Translations under genes and position numbers: made by a program | Shown: one piece after another, positions 38,532-48,210 of the stretch | Layout of the letters: every line of letters starts with the position of its first letter | Position numbering within the stretch: position 1 is the first letter of the stretch | The notes under the pieces: generated by a model | Told to the model about the DNA's origin: nothing | Databases searched by the model: none | The model's input: the letters and a program-made list of their open reading frames with translations, nothing else | Assembly: GCA_903835065.1 (NCBI GenBank) | Contig: CAILLO010000077.1 | Coordinates: 48,621 to 112,620 of the forward strand | Direction of reading: 5' to 3' | Length of the DNA: 64,000 nt | From: an uncultured Eubacteriales bacterium | GTDB lineage: Bacteria > Bacillota > Clostridia > Saccharofermentanales > UBA5734

Positions 38532-39125
38532 CTAGTAATTCGGCCTGAAGAGCTCGAAGTAGGCCTGAGGGTGGTGGCAGACCGGGCATTCGGCCGGCGG
38601 GGCGGCGGCGACGGTCACGTAGCCGCAGTTGCGGCAGCGCCATTCGACGACTTCGGGGCGGTGGAACACGAGACCGTCGGCGACGTTCTTCGCGAGCGCG
38701 TTGTAGCGCGCCTCGTGGCCGGTCTCGACCTTGGCGACCAGACGGAAGGTGGCGGCGACTTCGGGGTAGCCCTCCTCCTCGGCGACCATGGCGAAGGTCG
38801 GGTAGAGTACGGCCCATTCCTCTTTCTCGCCGGCCGCGGCCGCGCGCAGGTTGTCCAGCGTCGTGCCGAGGGCGACGGGATACGTCGCGATGATGTCGAC
38901 GGTCGTCGGGAGTTCGTCCGCGAGGCCGGCGGCGAGGTGATGGAAGAAGAGTTTGGCGTGCTCCTTCTCGTTGTCCGCGGTGTCGGCGAAGATTCCCTGG
39001 ATCTGCATGAAGCCTTCCTTGTTCGCGGCGGAGGCATAGAAGGTGTAGCGGTTGCGGGCCTGCGACTCTCCTGCGAAGGCTTTCAGCAGATTCTCGGCGG
39101 TCCTGGATCCCTTGAGGCTCTTCAT
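38532..39125 (-). CDS. rbr: rubrerythrin
   Basis: AFAGESQARNRY, EKEHAK, ETGHEARY and C-terminal WRCRNCG...CPVCHHP motifs. Confidence 0.96.
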   Translation of the reverse strand: MKSLKGSRTAENLLKAFAGESQARNRYTFYASAANKEGFMQIQGIFADTADNEKEHAKLFFHHLAAGLADELPTTVDIIATYPVALGTTLDNLRAAAAGEKEEWAVLYPTFAMVAEEEGYPEVAATFRLVAKVETGHEARYNALAKNVADGLVFHRPEVVEWRCRNCGYVTVAAAPPAECPVCHHPQAYFELFRPNY

Positions 39126-39236
39126 GGCGGTCGTCCCTCCCTTTCCTGGCCGGGGACGGATTCCCCGGACGTCACGTCTACGATTATACATCGTAAGGGG
39201 GGGGGCGGAGCGGAACGGCGGGACCGGACGGAGGCG

Positions 39237-39950
39237 CTACTCGTCGCGCGTGCCCAGACCGCTGCCCGAGATCGGGAACTTCGGGCCGAGGAAGGTCGGC
39301 AGGCTGTGCAGGACCTCGCAGTCGAGGAAGGCCTTGAAACGGGCGGGAATCTCGCGGACCTCGTACCAGGCGTCCTTGCCGTAGAGGCGGTAGGCCGTGT
39401 CGACGCCGTCGGCCGAAAGGCCCAGGCGGTCGGCGATGTACAGGGCGCGCAGCAAGTGGAAGCGCTGCGTGCAGATCAGGACGGAGCGGACGTCGAAGAC
39501 CTCGCGCGCGCGATACAGCGAGTCGTATGTGTCGAAGCCGGCGTGGTCGAGGAAGATGGCCTCCGGCGGGACGCCCGCCTTCTCGAGGTAGATCCGCATC
39601 GCGTTGACTTCGTCGTAGTCCGCCCTCCCGTGGTCGCCGCTCACCAGGATGCGGTCCGACAGGCCGGCCCGGTAGGCGGCGAGCGCGCCGTCCAGGCGGT
39701 CCTTCAGCATCGGACTGGGCGTGTCGCCGTAGACCAGCGCGCCGAGGACGAGGATGCAGTCGTACGTCTTCCCCTCCGGTTCGCGGATCATCGTCTTGCC
39801 GACGCGGACGACGCGCAGGTCGACGAGGAGCAGGACCGCGAGGCCGAGCACGGTGAAGACGCCCAGCATCAGGGCGATCGTCCAGAGCGTCCTGCGGTGC
39901 TGGCGGAGATGGCGGCGGGCGAGCCGCCGTTCGTGCGCGTCGTGGGCCAT
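39237..39950 (-). CDS. SanA/YdcF (DUF218) family protein
   Basis: LVLGA, SPMLKDRL, VSGDH, DHAGFDTYDS and TQRFHL-RA motifs. Confidence 0.92.
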   Translation of the reverse strand: MAHDAHERRLARRHLRQHRRTLWTIALMLGVFTVLGLAVLLLVDLRVVRVGKTMIREPEGKTYDCILVLGALVYGDTPSPMLKDRLDGALAAYRAGLSDRILVSGDHGRADYDEVNAMRIYLEKAGVPPEAIFLDHAGFDTYDSLYRAREVFDVRSVLICTQRFHLLRALYIADRLGLSADGVDTAYRLYGKDAWYEVREIPARFKAFLDCEVLHSLPTFLGPKFPISGSGLGTRDE

Positions 39951-39967
39951 GGGCGAAGTCCCTCCGT

Positions 39968-40804
39968 TCAAGGGGTCGGGCCGGGCTCGTCCGGTGAGGC
40001 GGCGGATGCCGCGGGCGGAGCGGCGGGCGGCTGCGGGACGGAACGGGGAGGGAGCTGGCCGGCGAAGAGGTTCCAGGGCGGGCGGGCGTCGGGGGGCGGA
40101 ACCTGGAACACGAGGCGCTCGGGTCGCGTGGGAGCGTCGAAGCCGAGGCGGAAGGACCAGAGCGCGATGTCCTGCTCGTCGTCGTCGGGCCGGCCGTACC
40201 TGCGGTCGCCGACGATCGGGAGGCCCGCGTCCGCGAGCTGCACGCGGATCTGGTGGCCGCGGCCCGTCCCGAGGGAGATCTCGAGGAGAGAAAGCGTCCG
40301 CGTCGACGCCGTCGCGCCGAGCACGCGGTAGGACAGCGAAGCGTCGCGGGCCGCGCGGTCCCCTTCGCCCCGCTCGCCGTCCGGTCCGTCGCCGGCGTCG
40401 TCGTCCCGGTCGACGCGTCGCACGACGTTGGTCGCGGAATCCTTCACGAGCCGCGCGGTCAGGACGCCGGCGTCCTGGATCGGGCGCCCGTGCACGACGG
40501 CGAGGTAGCGCTTCTCGAACGCGTGTCCGCGGATCTGCTCGGACAAGCGGGACGCTCCCTTCGATGTGCGGCCGAAGACCATGAGACCGCCGACCGGGCG
40601 GTCGAGCCGGTGCACGAGACCGAGAAAGACGTCGCCGGGCTTGGCATGGCGCTCCCGGATATCGGCCTTGAGCAGGGCGAGCATGTCCGGCGCGGGGGAG
40701 CCGTCGGGCTGCGACAGCACGCCGGGCGGCTTCACGGCGACGATCACGTGGTTGTCCTCGTAGACGACGTCGGGACGTCCCGGCGCGCCGTCGGCCGGGG
40801 TCAC
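39968..40804 (-). CDS. RluA-family pseudouridine synthase
   Basis: VKPPGVLSQ, VHRLDRPVGG, TGRGHQIRVQ and PIVGDRRY motifs. Confidence 0.95.
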   Translation of the reverse strand: MTPADGAPGRPDVVYEDNHVIVAVKPPGVLSQPDGSPAPDMLALLKADIRERHAKPGDVFLGLVHRLDRPVGGLMVFGRTSKGASRLSEQIRGHAFEKRYLAVVHGRPIQDAGVLTARLVKDSATNVVRRVDRDDDAGDGPDGERGEGDRAARDASLSYRVLGATASTRTLSLLEISLGTGRGHQIRVQLADAGLPIVGDRRYGRPDDDEQDIALWSFRLGFDAPTRPERLVFQVPPPDARPPWNLFAGQLPPRSVPQPPAAPPAASAASPDEPGPTP

Positions 40805-41697
40805 GGCGTCCACCACCCGGAGGCGCCGCAGGGCAGCACGATCGGGCGCAGCGAGGCGGGCAGCCCGATTTCGTCGGCCTCGGCGTGCCCGCCGCGGCCG
40901 GTTCCGACGGCGAGGCCGAGGATCGCGGCGATCACGGAGGGCGACAGCCCCGTCGTGTAGGAATTGATCAGGAAGAAGGAGGGCGTGTCGGAAAGCAGGT
41001 GCGCGCACTGCGCGACGAGCGCATATAGGGCGTCCTCGAGTTTCCACAGTTCGCCCGACGGGCCGCGCCCGTAGGAAGGGGGATCCATGATGATGCCGTC
41101 GTAGCGGCGACCGCGCCGGATCTCGCGCTCGACGAACTTGCCGGCGTCGTCGGCGAGGAGCCGGACGGGGCGGTCGACGCACCCGGACAGCGCCAGGTTC
41201 TCCTTGGCGCGCTGGTTCATCCCCTTGGACGCGTCGACGTGCACGACCTCGGTCGCGCCGGCCTTCGCGCAGGCGGCGGTCGCGCCGCCCGTGTAGGCGA
41301 ACAGGTTGAGGATCCGCGACGGCCGTCCCGCGGCGTTCGCCTCGGCGATGCGCGCGGCGCAGGACTCCCAGTTCACGGCCTGCTCGGGGAAGAGGCCCGT
41401 GTGCTTGAATCCGCTCGGTTCGATGCGGAAGGCCAGGTCCCCCTGGGGCAGCGGATACGAGACCGTCCACGAGGCGGGAAGATCGCGGTGGCGCTCCCAG
41501 GAGCCGCCTCCGGTCTCGCTCCGGTGGTAGGTCGCGTGCGGCGTGCTCCAAGCGCGCGCCGCGGCGGGGTCGTCGCCCGCAGGCCAGATCGCCTGGGGGT
41601 CGGGGCGGCGCAGGACCACGCTTCCCCAGCGCTCGAGCTTCTCGCCGCCGCCGGCGTCGAGCAACTCGTAGTCGGTCCAGCGGTCCGCGCGGCGCAC
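40801..41697 (-). CDS. class I SAM-dependent methyltransferase (RlmI/RlmK-related)
   Basis: DYELLDAGGGEKLERWG, FKHTGLFPEQAVNW, LNLFAYTGG and MDPPSYGRG motifs. Confidence 0.9.
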   Translation of the reverse strand: MRRADRWTDYELLDAGGGEKLERWGSVVLRRPDPQAIWPAGDDPAAARAWSTPHATYHRSETGGGSWERHRDLPASWTVSYPLPQGDLAFRIEPSGFKHTGLFPEQAVNWESCAARIAEANAAGRPSRILNLFAYTGGATAACAKAGATEVVHVDASKGMNQRAKENLALSGCVDRPVRLLADDAGKFVEREIRRGRRYDGIIMDPPSYGRGPSGELWKLEDALYALVAQCAHLLSDTPSFFLINSYTTGLSPSVIAAILGLAVGTGRGGHAEADEIGLPASLRPIVLPCGASGWWTP

Positions 41698-41699
41698 CG

Positions 41700-42719
41700 T
41701 CAGGTCCTCCCGAAGCCGTCGGGGTTCCGCGACTGCCAACGCCAGGCGTCGGCGCACATCTCCGCGAGGCCCCGCCCGGCGGTCCAGCCCAGCAGCGCGC
41801 GCGCCTTCGACGGGTCCGCGTAGCACGTCGCGATATCGCCCGGACGACGTTCGACGACCCGGTAGGGAATCTTCTTCCCGCAGGCCGCCTCGAAGGCGTG
41901 CACGATCTGCAGCACGCTGTAGCCGGTGCCGGTCCCGAGGTTGACCGCCTCGGCGCCCGTGTGCGACATGGCGTAGTCCACCGCGCGGCAGTGTCCCGCC
42001 GCGAGGTCCATCACGTGCAGGTAGTCGCGCACGCCGGTGCCGTCGGGCGTCGGATAGTCGTCGCCGTAGATGCGGAGCTCGGGGATCCTTCCGATCGCCA
42101 CCTGCGACACGAAGGGCAGCAGGTTGTTCGGGATCCCGTTCGGGTCCTCGCCGATGCGGCCGCTCGGGTGCGCGCCGATCGGGTTGAAGTAGCGGAGCAG
42201 GACGATCGACCACGTCGGGTCGGCGACGGAGAGGTCCCGCAGGATCTCCTCGATCATCCACTTGGTGCGCCCGTAGGGGTTCGTCGCGCCGAGGCGGTCG
42301 GTCTCGCGGAGCGGCACGCGCTCGGGGACGCCGTACACGGTCGCGGAGGAACTGAACACCAGCCTCTTCACGCCGTGCGACCGCATGACGCGGCAGAGGG
42401 CGAGGGTGCTGCCGAGGTTGACCCGGTAGTATTCGAGGGGCTTCTCGACGGACTCTCCGACGGCCTTGAGACCGGCGAAATGGATCACGGCGTCGATCCG
42501 GGGTCCCTGGAAGATCCGCTCCAGCGCCGCGTCGTCGCACGCGTCGGCCCGGTGGAACTCGACCGTCCGGCCCGCGATCTCCTGGACGCGCGCGAGCGCT
42601 TCCGGCTTGCTGTTGGAGAAATCGTCGACGACGACGACGTCATGCCCTTCGGCCAGCAGCTCCACGCAGGTGTGGCTGCCGATGTAGCCCGCTCCGCCCG
42701 TCACCAGGATCCTCGCCAT
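41700..42719 (-). CDS. galE: UDP-glucose 4-epimerase
   Basis: [35 protein letters not shown] and [10 protein letters not shown] motifs. Confidence 0.97.
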   Translation of the reverse strand: MARILVTGGAGYIGSHTCVELLAEGHDVVVVDDFSNSKPEALARVQEIAGRTVEFHRADACDDAALERIFQGPRIDAVIHFAGLKAVGESVEKPLEYYRVNLGSTLALCRVMRSHGVKRLVFSSSATVYGVPERVPLRETDRLGATNPYGRTKWMIEEILRDLSVADPTWSIVLLRYFNPIGAHPSGRIGEDPNGIPNNLLPFVSQVAIGRIPELRIYGDDYPTPDGTGVRDYLHVMDLAAGHCRAVDYAMSHTGAEAVNLGTGTGYSVLQIVHAFEAACGKKIPYRVVERRPGDIATCYADPSKARALLGWTAGRGLAEMCADAWRWQSRNPDGFGRT

Positions 42720-42767
42720 GTCCGCCGCCTCCCCTTCTTCGACCGCCACGCTTCGTCCGACAAGGCG

Positions 42768-43766
42768 TCATGCGCCCCAGGCGCCGCCCGGCAGGCCTTT
42801 GGACGCCCGGAACCGCGCGCACGCCGCCCGCAGTTCCACGGCCTTCTCCTCGGGCGCGGTCGGATTGCAGTGCGCCCATGCGCCGGTCTCGCTCGACGCG
42901 TTGAATTTCTGCTTCACCGCCGACCGCATCGGCGGGAAGAACTCGATGTGGAAGTGCCAGTCCGGATCGCCGCCCGGCGTGTTCACGGGCGGGTTGTGCA
43001 TGCACATCATATAGGGAAACGGGATTCCGAACAAGGCGTCGAGCGTCCCGGACGCCGTCAGCACGGCGTCGGCGAGGGCGTCCGCCTCGTCGGGCGAGAG
43101 CTCGGCGATGGACCGGACGTGGCGTTTCGCGGAGATGAAGATTCCATAGGGGTACTCGCAGAAGAAGGGCAGATAGATCCGGAAGCCCGCGTTCTCGTAG
43201 ACCATCCGCAGACCCGCCTTCTCTTCCTCGGCATCCATGTCGCACACGAGACAGCGCCCGGTCTCCGCGCGGTGTAGGGCCATCGACTCCGTCTCCAGTT
43301 CGAGCTTCTTCGGCACGAACGGGTAGCCGTAGATCTGGCCGTGCGGATGCGGCATCGTGACGCCGACGACCTCCCCGCGGTTCTCGAAGAGGAACACGTA
43401 CCGGATCCTCGCGTCGGCGGACAGCGCCTCGTAGCGGGCCCGCCACAGTCCGACGAGCTTGCGGACATGCGCCGGCGGCAGTTCGGGCAGCGTCGTGCGG
43501 TGCTCGGGAGAATAGAGGATCACCTCGCACTTGCCATAGGAGGGCGCGGTGCGGAAGAAGTCCGTCGCGACGTCGTCGGGTTCGGGCGGTTCCGGCGACA
43601 GGGCCGGATAATCGTTGTCGTACTCCATGACGTCATAGGTCGCCGGCACCTTCCCGGATCCCGGGCAGAAAGGGCAGTAGTCCTTCGGCATCTGAGGCCG
43701 GTCCTGGCGGTGCGACGCGATCATCACCCAGTCGCGGATCAGGGGGTGGTAGCGGAGTTCGGCCAT
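42768..43766 (-). CDS. galT: galactose-1-phosphate uridylyltransferase (type I)
   Basis: [24 protein letters not shown] (HxHxQ) and WHFHIEF motifs. Confidence 0.95.
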   Translation of the reverse strand: MAELRYHPLIRDWVMIASHRQDRPQMPKDYCPFCPGSGKVPATYDVMEYDNDYPALSPEPPEPDDVATDFFRTAPSYGKCEVILYSPEHRTTLPELPPAHVRKLVGLWRARYEALSADARIRYVFLFENRGEVVGVTMPHPHGQIYGYPFVPKKLELETESMALHRAETGRCLVCDMDAEEEKAGLRMVYENAGFRIYLPFFCEYPYGIFISAKRHVRSIAELSPDEADALADAVLTASGTLDALFGIPFPYMMCMHNPPVNTPGGDPDWHFHIEFFPPMRSAVKQKFNASSETGAWAHCNPTAPEEKAVELRAACARFRASKGLPGGAWGA

Positions 43767-43930
43767 GTCGGGTTCCTCCTGCGGTTCTCGGGTTCCTTGC
43801 TGTCTCCATCGTACCCCCGCCCACTCCGACGGAGTAGCGTCCGTTGATGATTCGAACCGGCGCTTTGTTGTATACTGGATAGGTCCAGGCAGGCCATCCC
43901 ATGGCAGTTGGCAACCGGAAAGGGCTCTCC

Positions 43931-44860
43931 ATGCTCACGAAATGGGTATTCCCGGACCCCGGAAACACGGATCTCAACATGTACCGATGTGGTATCGAGG
44001 ATTGCGAACCGGGCCACTCCTGGGGGCCGGGCGTCCGCGACCACTATCTCGTGCACGTCGTGCTCGGAGGTTTTGGAGAATTCCGATGCGGCGGCCAACT
44101 CCACCGGCTCGGCCGGGGCGACGCGTTCCTGATCGCCCCCGGCGAGGTGGTCGAGTACCGGGCCGACGTCGCCGACCCCTGGAGCTACGCCTGGGTAGGT
44201 TTCCACGGACTGAAGGCGGAGGGTCTCCTGCGCGAGGCGGGCGTCTCGGTGCGCCAGCCCGTCTTTCGTCCGGACGACGACGGTCGCCTCGAGGCGCTCG
44301 TGCGCGAGATGCTTTCGGCCGCCGACTGGAAGCGCGGCCGCGACCCGCAGCTGCTCGGTCTGCTGTACCAGTTTCTGGCCGTTCTGGCGCGTCGCCCCGG
44401 CGTCGTCCGGGAGGACCCGCAGGGCCGGCGGCAGGAGGAGTACCTGCAGCGCGCGCTCGACGACATCGCGACGAACTTCGCGGGCCCGCTCACGGTCGCC
44501 GGCCTCGCCCGGCGGGCGGGACTCGACCGGACGTACCTCTATTCCCTCTTCATGGACCACCTCGGCGTCTCCCCCAAGGACTACCTGGTCCGCTTCCGGG
44601 TCGACCAGGCCTGCTCGCTGCTGCGGACGCCGCTTTCCGTCGCGGAGGTCGCGCGGTCCGTCGGGTACGACGACCCGCAGGGATTCGCCCGCGTCTTCCG
44701 GCGCATCCGGGGCACGCCGCCCGGCGCCTGGCGGCGGTCTCTGACGGAGGAAGGTCCCGCGAGCGGGGCGGCCACCCCGTCCGGGACACGGAGGATACGG
44801 TCTTCGGCCTCCGCATCTGGTATCATGACGGGAACGAGGGAGGAGTCTTGCGACCGATGA
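43931..44860 (+). CDS. AraC-family regulator (MsmR-like), divergent from galTE
   Basis: CGIEDCEPGHSWGP...ADPWSYAWVGF cupin arm and VARSVGYDDP-GFARVFRR HTH; last about 40 aa are low-complexity. Confidence 0.93.
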   Translation: MLTKWVFPDPGNTDLNMYRCGIEDCEPGHSWGPGVRDHYLVHVVLGGFGEFRCGGQLHRLGRGDAFLIAPGEVVEYRADVADPWSYAWVGFHGLKAEGLLREAGVSVRQPVFRPDDDGRLEALVREMLSAADWKRGRDPQLLGLLYQFLAVLARRPGVVREDPQGRRQEEYLQRALDDIATNFAGPLTVAGLARRAGLDRTYLYSLFMDHLGVSPKDYLVRFRVDQACSLLRTPLSVAEVARSVGYDDPQGFARVFRRIRGTPPGAWRRSLTEEGPASGAATPSGTRRIRSSASASGIMTGTREESCDR

Positions 44861-46245
44861 GCACCCATCGCACCGCCCGCATCCTGGAATCCCTTCAGCC
44901 CGGTCCGTTCCACCCCCTGCGCGTCCGCGCGGCCCGGGCCGCCTTCGTCCCGCTGCTCGCAGGTCTTCTCGCCGCCTCCCTGCTCCTCCCTGCGACCGCC
45001 GCGCTCGCCGAGGACGCCGCCTCGCCGTCGCCCGCCCCGACCGAGCCCCCCTATTCGACGACCCTGCCGATCTCCGTCGACGCGAAGTCGGTGCTAGTCG
45101 TCGACCTGCTCCGCGGCGTCCGTCTCTTCGAGAAGGACTCGTCCACGCCCGTCGACCTGCCCGTCCTGAACAAGGCGGTGACCGCCTATATCGCCCTCGA
45201 CGAGTTCCCGTCCGGCACGATGGTCACGATCAGCAAGGTCGCGTCCGACGAGGACGCCGGAAAGCTCGGGCTCAAGACGGGCGAGAAGGTGCCGCTCGAA
45301 TACCTGGTTCTCGGCCTGCTGCTGCAGAACTCGGACGCGGCCGCGGTCGCCCTCGCCGAACAGGTGTCGGGCGAGGAGAAGAGCTTCCTCGACCGGATGA
45401 ACCAGCTCGCGGCCGAACTCGGCATGGCGGACACGGCCTTCCTGGATGCGTCCGGCGCACCGGTCGAAGGCCAGAAGACGACCCTGGACGATGCGGCGAA
45501 GTTCTTCCGCAAGGCGCTCGGCCAGTCGTCCTTCGCCCGGATCTTCCAGATGCGCGACACGTTCTACATGATGCCGGACAAGACGAGCCGGCATCTCACG
45601 AGCCGTCTCGACGCGGCCTGGTCCTTCGTCGACACGCTGACGGGAGGCGTCCGGAGCGACACGGACGGCCGCGCGTCCGTGGCCTGCACGGCTACGGGCA
45701 AGGGATTCTCCCTCCTGTGCCTGGTGGCGGATTCGCCGAACGTCCGCGTTGTCGGCGACGTCCAGAAGACCGTCGAAGGCTGCTTTTCGGCCTACGAGTC
45801 CGCGACCCTCGTGGTCGCCGGACAGCGGTACGGCGAGTCGGAAACGGTCGACGGCGTCACCTTCCCGATCGTCTTCAACCAGACGGTGACCTATGTGCGA
45901 CCCATCGGGACCGACGTTCTGGCTGACGTCCACTACGAGTCGCTGGGCCGGACCTCGCTGCCGGTCCTGAAGACCCAGACGGTGGGCAAGGCGGTCTACG
46001 CGCTGACCGACGGGACGACGATCGCGGTCGATCTGTTCCCGGAGAACGATGTCTGGAACCCGTCCTCCCCGTTCGACCAGGTCCGGCGGCTGTACGAGAC
46101 GTATCCCGACCTGTTCTCGATCGTCCTGCTGCTGCTGGGCGCGATGGCGCTGATCGTGCTCGGGCGGGTCGCGGAGCTGGCCGTGAAGTCCGGGCGCCGC
46201 AGGTCGGTTCAGCGCGCGAGCGCGGGGCGGATGCGCCGGAGATAG
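44857..46245 (+). CDS. peptidase S11 (DacA/DacB-like) homologue with degenerate catalytic motifs
   Basis: Signal peptide, S11 scaffold (AAVALAE-VSG-E--F---MN--A-ELGM-DT-F) and C-terminal TM; SxxK reads VLNK, SxN reads NSD, KTG reads VRS. Confidence 0.85.
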   Translation: MSTHRTARILESLQPGPFHPLRVRAARAAFVPLLAGLLAASLLLPATAALAEDAASPSPAPTEPPYSTTLPISVDAKSVLVVDLLRGVRLFEKDSSTPVDLPVLNKAVTAYIALDEFPSGTMVTISKVASDEDAGKLGLKTGEKVPLEYLVLGLLLQNSDAAAVALAEQVSGEEKSFLDRMNQLAAELGMADTAFLDASGAPVEGQKTTLDDAAKFFRKALGQSSFARIFQMRDTFYMMPDKTSRHLTSRLDAAWSFVDTLTGGVRSDTDGRASVACTATGKGFSLLCLVADSPNVRVVGDVQKTVEGCFSAYESATLVVAGQRYGESETVDGVTFPIVFNQTVTYVRPIGTDVLADVHYESLGRTSLPVLKTQTVGKAVYALTDGTTIAVDLFPENDVWNPSSPFDQVRRLYETYPDLFSIVLLLLGAMALIVLGRVAELAVKSGRRRSVQRASAGRMRRR

Positions 46246-46778
46246 AAAGAGATCATGAGACTCAGCGCGATTTCGTAGACCGCGAACACGACCTGCGCGG
46301 CCGCGAGCACGAGCAGGACCACGGGCGCGCCGCTCCAGAGGCGGCCCGACCAGAGGTCGAGATACGCGGTCGTCCCGAATGTGCCCGACAGCGGTCCGAG
46401 GACCAGCAGTCCGACCGGAACGAAGACCAGGTCGAAGGCCAGGAACTTGAGCAGCCAGGCCGGCATCGGGCGCATCCCCTTCCGGCCTTCGATCCACGCC
46501 TTCGCGAGCGGATACGGCCCGAAGAAGACGACGAAGGCGAGCGAGGTCTGGAAGCCCGGGAAGACGAGCGAGAGGACCGAGGCGGCGAGCCACGCCAGGG
46601 CGGCCGTCCGGACGCCCTTCTCGATCACGACGGCGGCGACGGCCAGCGATGTCAGCGAAAGGAAGACGAGGTCCGCCGTAGGCAGCAGCCGCACGGCGGA
46701 GAGGAAGAGCAGGCACAAGGCGGCCGCGATGCCGCCGAAGGCTACGGAGGAGGCCTTCCCGGGCACTCTAGCAGCCAC
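46209..46778 (-). CDS. conserved multi-pass membrane protein
   Basis: About 5-6 hydrophobic helices with FFGPYPLAKAWIE; start overlaps the J-domain gene end. Confidence 0.8.
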   Translation of the reverse strand: MAARVPGKASSVAFGGIAAALCLLFLSAVRLLPTADLVFLSLTSLAVAAVVIEKGVRTAALAWLAASVLSLVFPGFQTSLAFVVFFGPYPLAKAWIEGRKGMRPMPAWLLKFLAFDLVFVPVGLLVLGPLSGTFGTTAYLDLWSGRLWSGAPVVLLVLAAAQVVFAVYEIALSLMISFYLRRIRPALAR

Positions 46779-47193
46779 ATCCCATGCAGTTGCAGAGGGT
46801 GTCGGCGCAGCACATGCAACTCATCGCCTGGCAGCAGTCGTCCTGCGTGTTGCCGTTCCGGTAGTAAGGGCCTTGCTGGCCCTGCTGGCCGTAGGGGTTC
46901 GCGTTGAAGGGACCGCGGGCGTAGGGGTTCTGTCCCTGTCCATAGGGGTTCTGGGCCTGCTGGCCGTAAGGGTTCTGTGCCTGCGGTCCGCCCTGCGCGT
47001 TTGCATTGCCCGAGGTCAGCGCGTCGTAGGCCTCGTTGACCTCCTGCATCTTCTCCTTGGCCAGGCCTTCGAGCGGGTGGTCCTTGTAGTTGTCGGGGTG
47101 GTATTGCTTCACGAGGGTGCGGTAGGCCTTCTTGATCTCGGCCTCGGTCGCTCCGGGCTTCACGCCCAGCACCTCGTACGGGTTCTTCGTCAC
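46768..47193 (-). CDS. J-domain protein with QNPYG repeats and C-terminal cysteine string
   Basis: NPYEVLGV...EIKKAYR...YHPD...KMQEVNEAYD J-domain; tail DDCCQAMSCMCCADTLCNCMGCGC. Confidence 0.92.
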   Translation of the reverse strand: MTKNPYEVLGVKPGATEAEIKKAYRTLVKQYHPDNYKDHPLEGLAKEKMQEVNEAYDALTSGNANAQGGPQAQNPYGQQAQNPYGQGQNPYARGPFNANPYGQQGQQGPYYRNGNTQDDCCQAMSCMCCADTLCNCMGCGC

Positions 47194-47211
47194 TTCGGGT
47201 TCCGTCCTTTC

Positions 47212-48090
47212 CTAGACCCGTCCCAGCCGTCGTCCGGCCGACACGGATTCGCGCACGCCGGGCAGTCCCTGCCGGACGATGTTGCCGATCATGCCCGCAT
47301 CCCTCTTGTACGGGAGCAGGGCGGCCGTGCGGTCGGCGTCCTCCTCCTCGGCGCGGAGCAGGCGTTCCGCCGTTTCACGCCGGGTCTCCGCGGGCAATCC
47401 CGAAAGAGCATTCCACGCCCTATTATCCTCGTCGCGGGCGAGGTCGTCAAACGCATCCAGCAGGAAGATCCAGCGGCCGGTGGAACGGCCCAGCCGGTCC
47501 ATCGCGGCGCGCAGGACGCCATGCGGGAGAGCCTCCGGCTCCCCCTCCGCGGGAAGCGGGACGCAGCGGTCCACGGCCATCGCGAACAGCGTCCCGAGCA
47601 TCCGGCCGAAGATGTCGGCCGCCGCGGGGTCGGGCGCGCGCTTCTCGGCCTCCGAGAGTTCGGCGAGCGAGGCGCGGATGCACTCGGCCTCGGCCGGATA
47701 CGCGCGGCGGGCACTGCGATACGGGCGCGAGAAGGCGATGCGGGCGGCGAATCCCTTCGGGGAGCGCATGTCTCGCACGTCGTCGTCCGCCTTGTGCCAG
47801 GCGAGCATCACGGAGAGGGCCGCGCATAGCGGGAGGGCGCTGCCGCCGCGCATCACGGGCTTCTTCACGACGGGGTTCAGGATGCAGCCCTCGGCGTCCT
47901 CCTGCGTCGCTTCCCCGGAAAGGGAGACGAGGAGCAGCGCGAGGAAGGTCAGGTCGTATCCCGTGGCGAGCCGCGGCAACTGGCCGTACGCGCGGGAGAT
48001 CTCCTTGCAGAGTCCGCAGTAGACGGACCGGTAGCGCGAGAATTCGCGGACGAGTAGGTCGGGCTTTTCGGGGCGGACGTATCCGAACAT
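47212..48090 (-). CDS. DUF5685-family protein
   Basis: MFGYVRP, YRSVYCGLC, YDLTFL, KADDDVRD and GRWIFLLDAFDDL motifs. Confidence 0.85.
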   Translation of the reverse strand: MFGYVRPEKPDLLVREFSRYRSVYCGLCKEISRAYGQLPRLATGYDLTFLALLLVSLSGEATQEDAEGCILNPVVKKPVMRGGSALPLCAALSVMLAWHKADDDVRDMRSPKGFAARIAFSRPYRSARRAYPAEAECIRASLAELSEAEKRAPDPAAADIFGRMLGTLFAMAVDRCVPLPAEGEPEALPHGVLRAAMDRLGRSTGRWIFLLDAFDDLARDEDNRAWNALSGLPAETRRETAERLLRAEEEDADRTAALLPYKRDAGMIGNIVRQGLPGVRESVSAGRRLGRV

Positions 48091-48210
48091 GCGGGTGCTT
48101 CGTGTCTCCTTGCAGGCGGTTCAAGGCTTCCGGGGCTTTCGCCCCCTCTGCCGGGACCGCCGTCGATGTGCTATTATACTATGAATCGCATCGCAGGAGG
48201 GACGTCCGCC

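Noticed and set aside
41700..43766. galT-galE without galK
   Set aside because: galK may lie elsewhere in the genome; this cannot be judged from one window.
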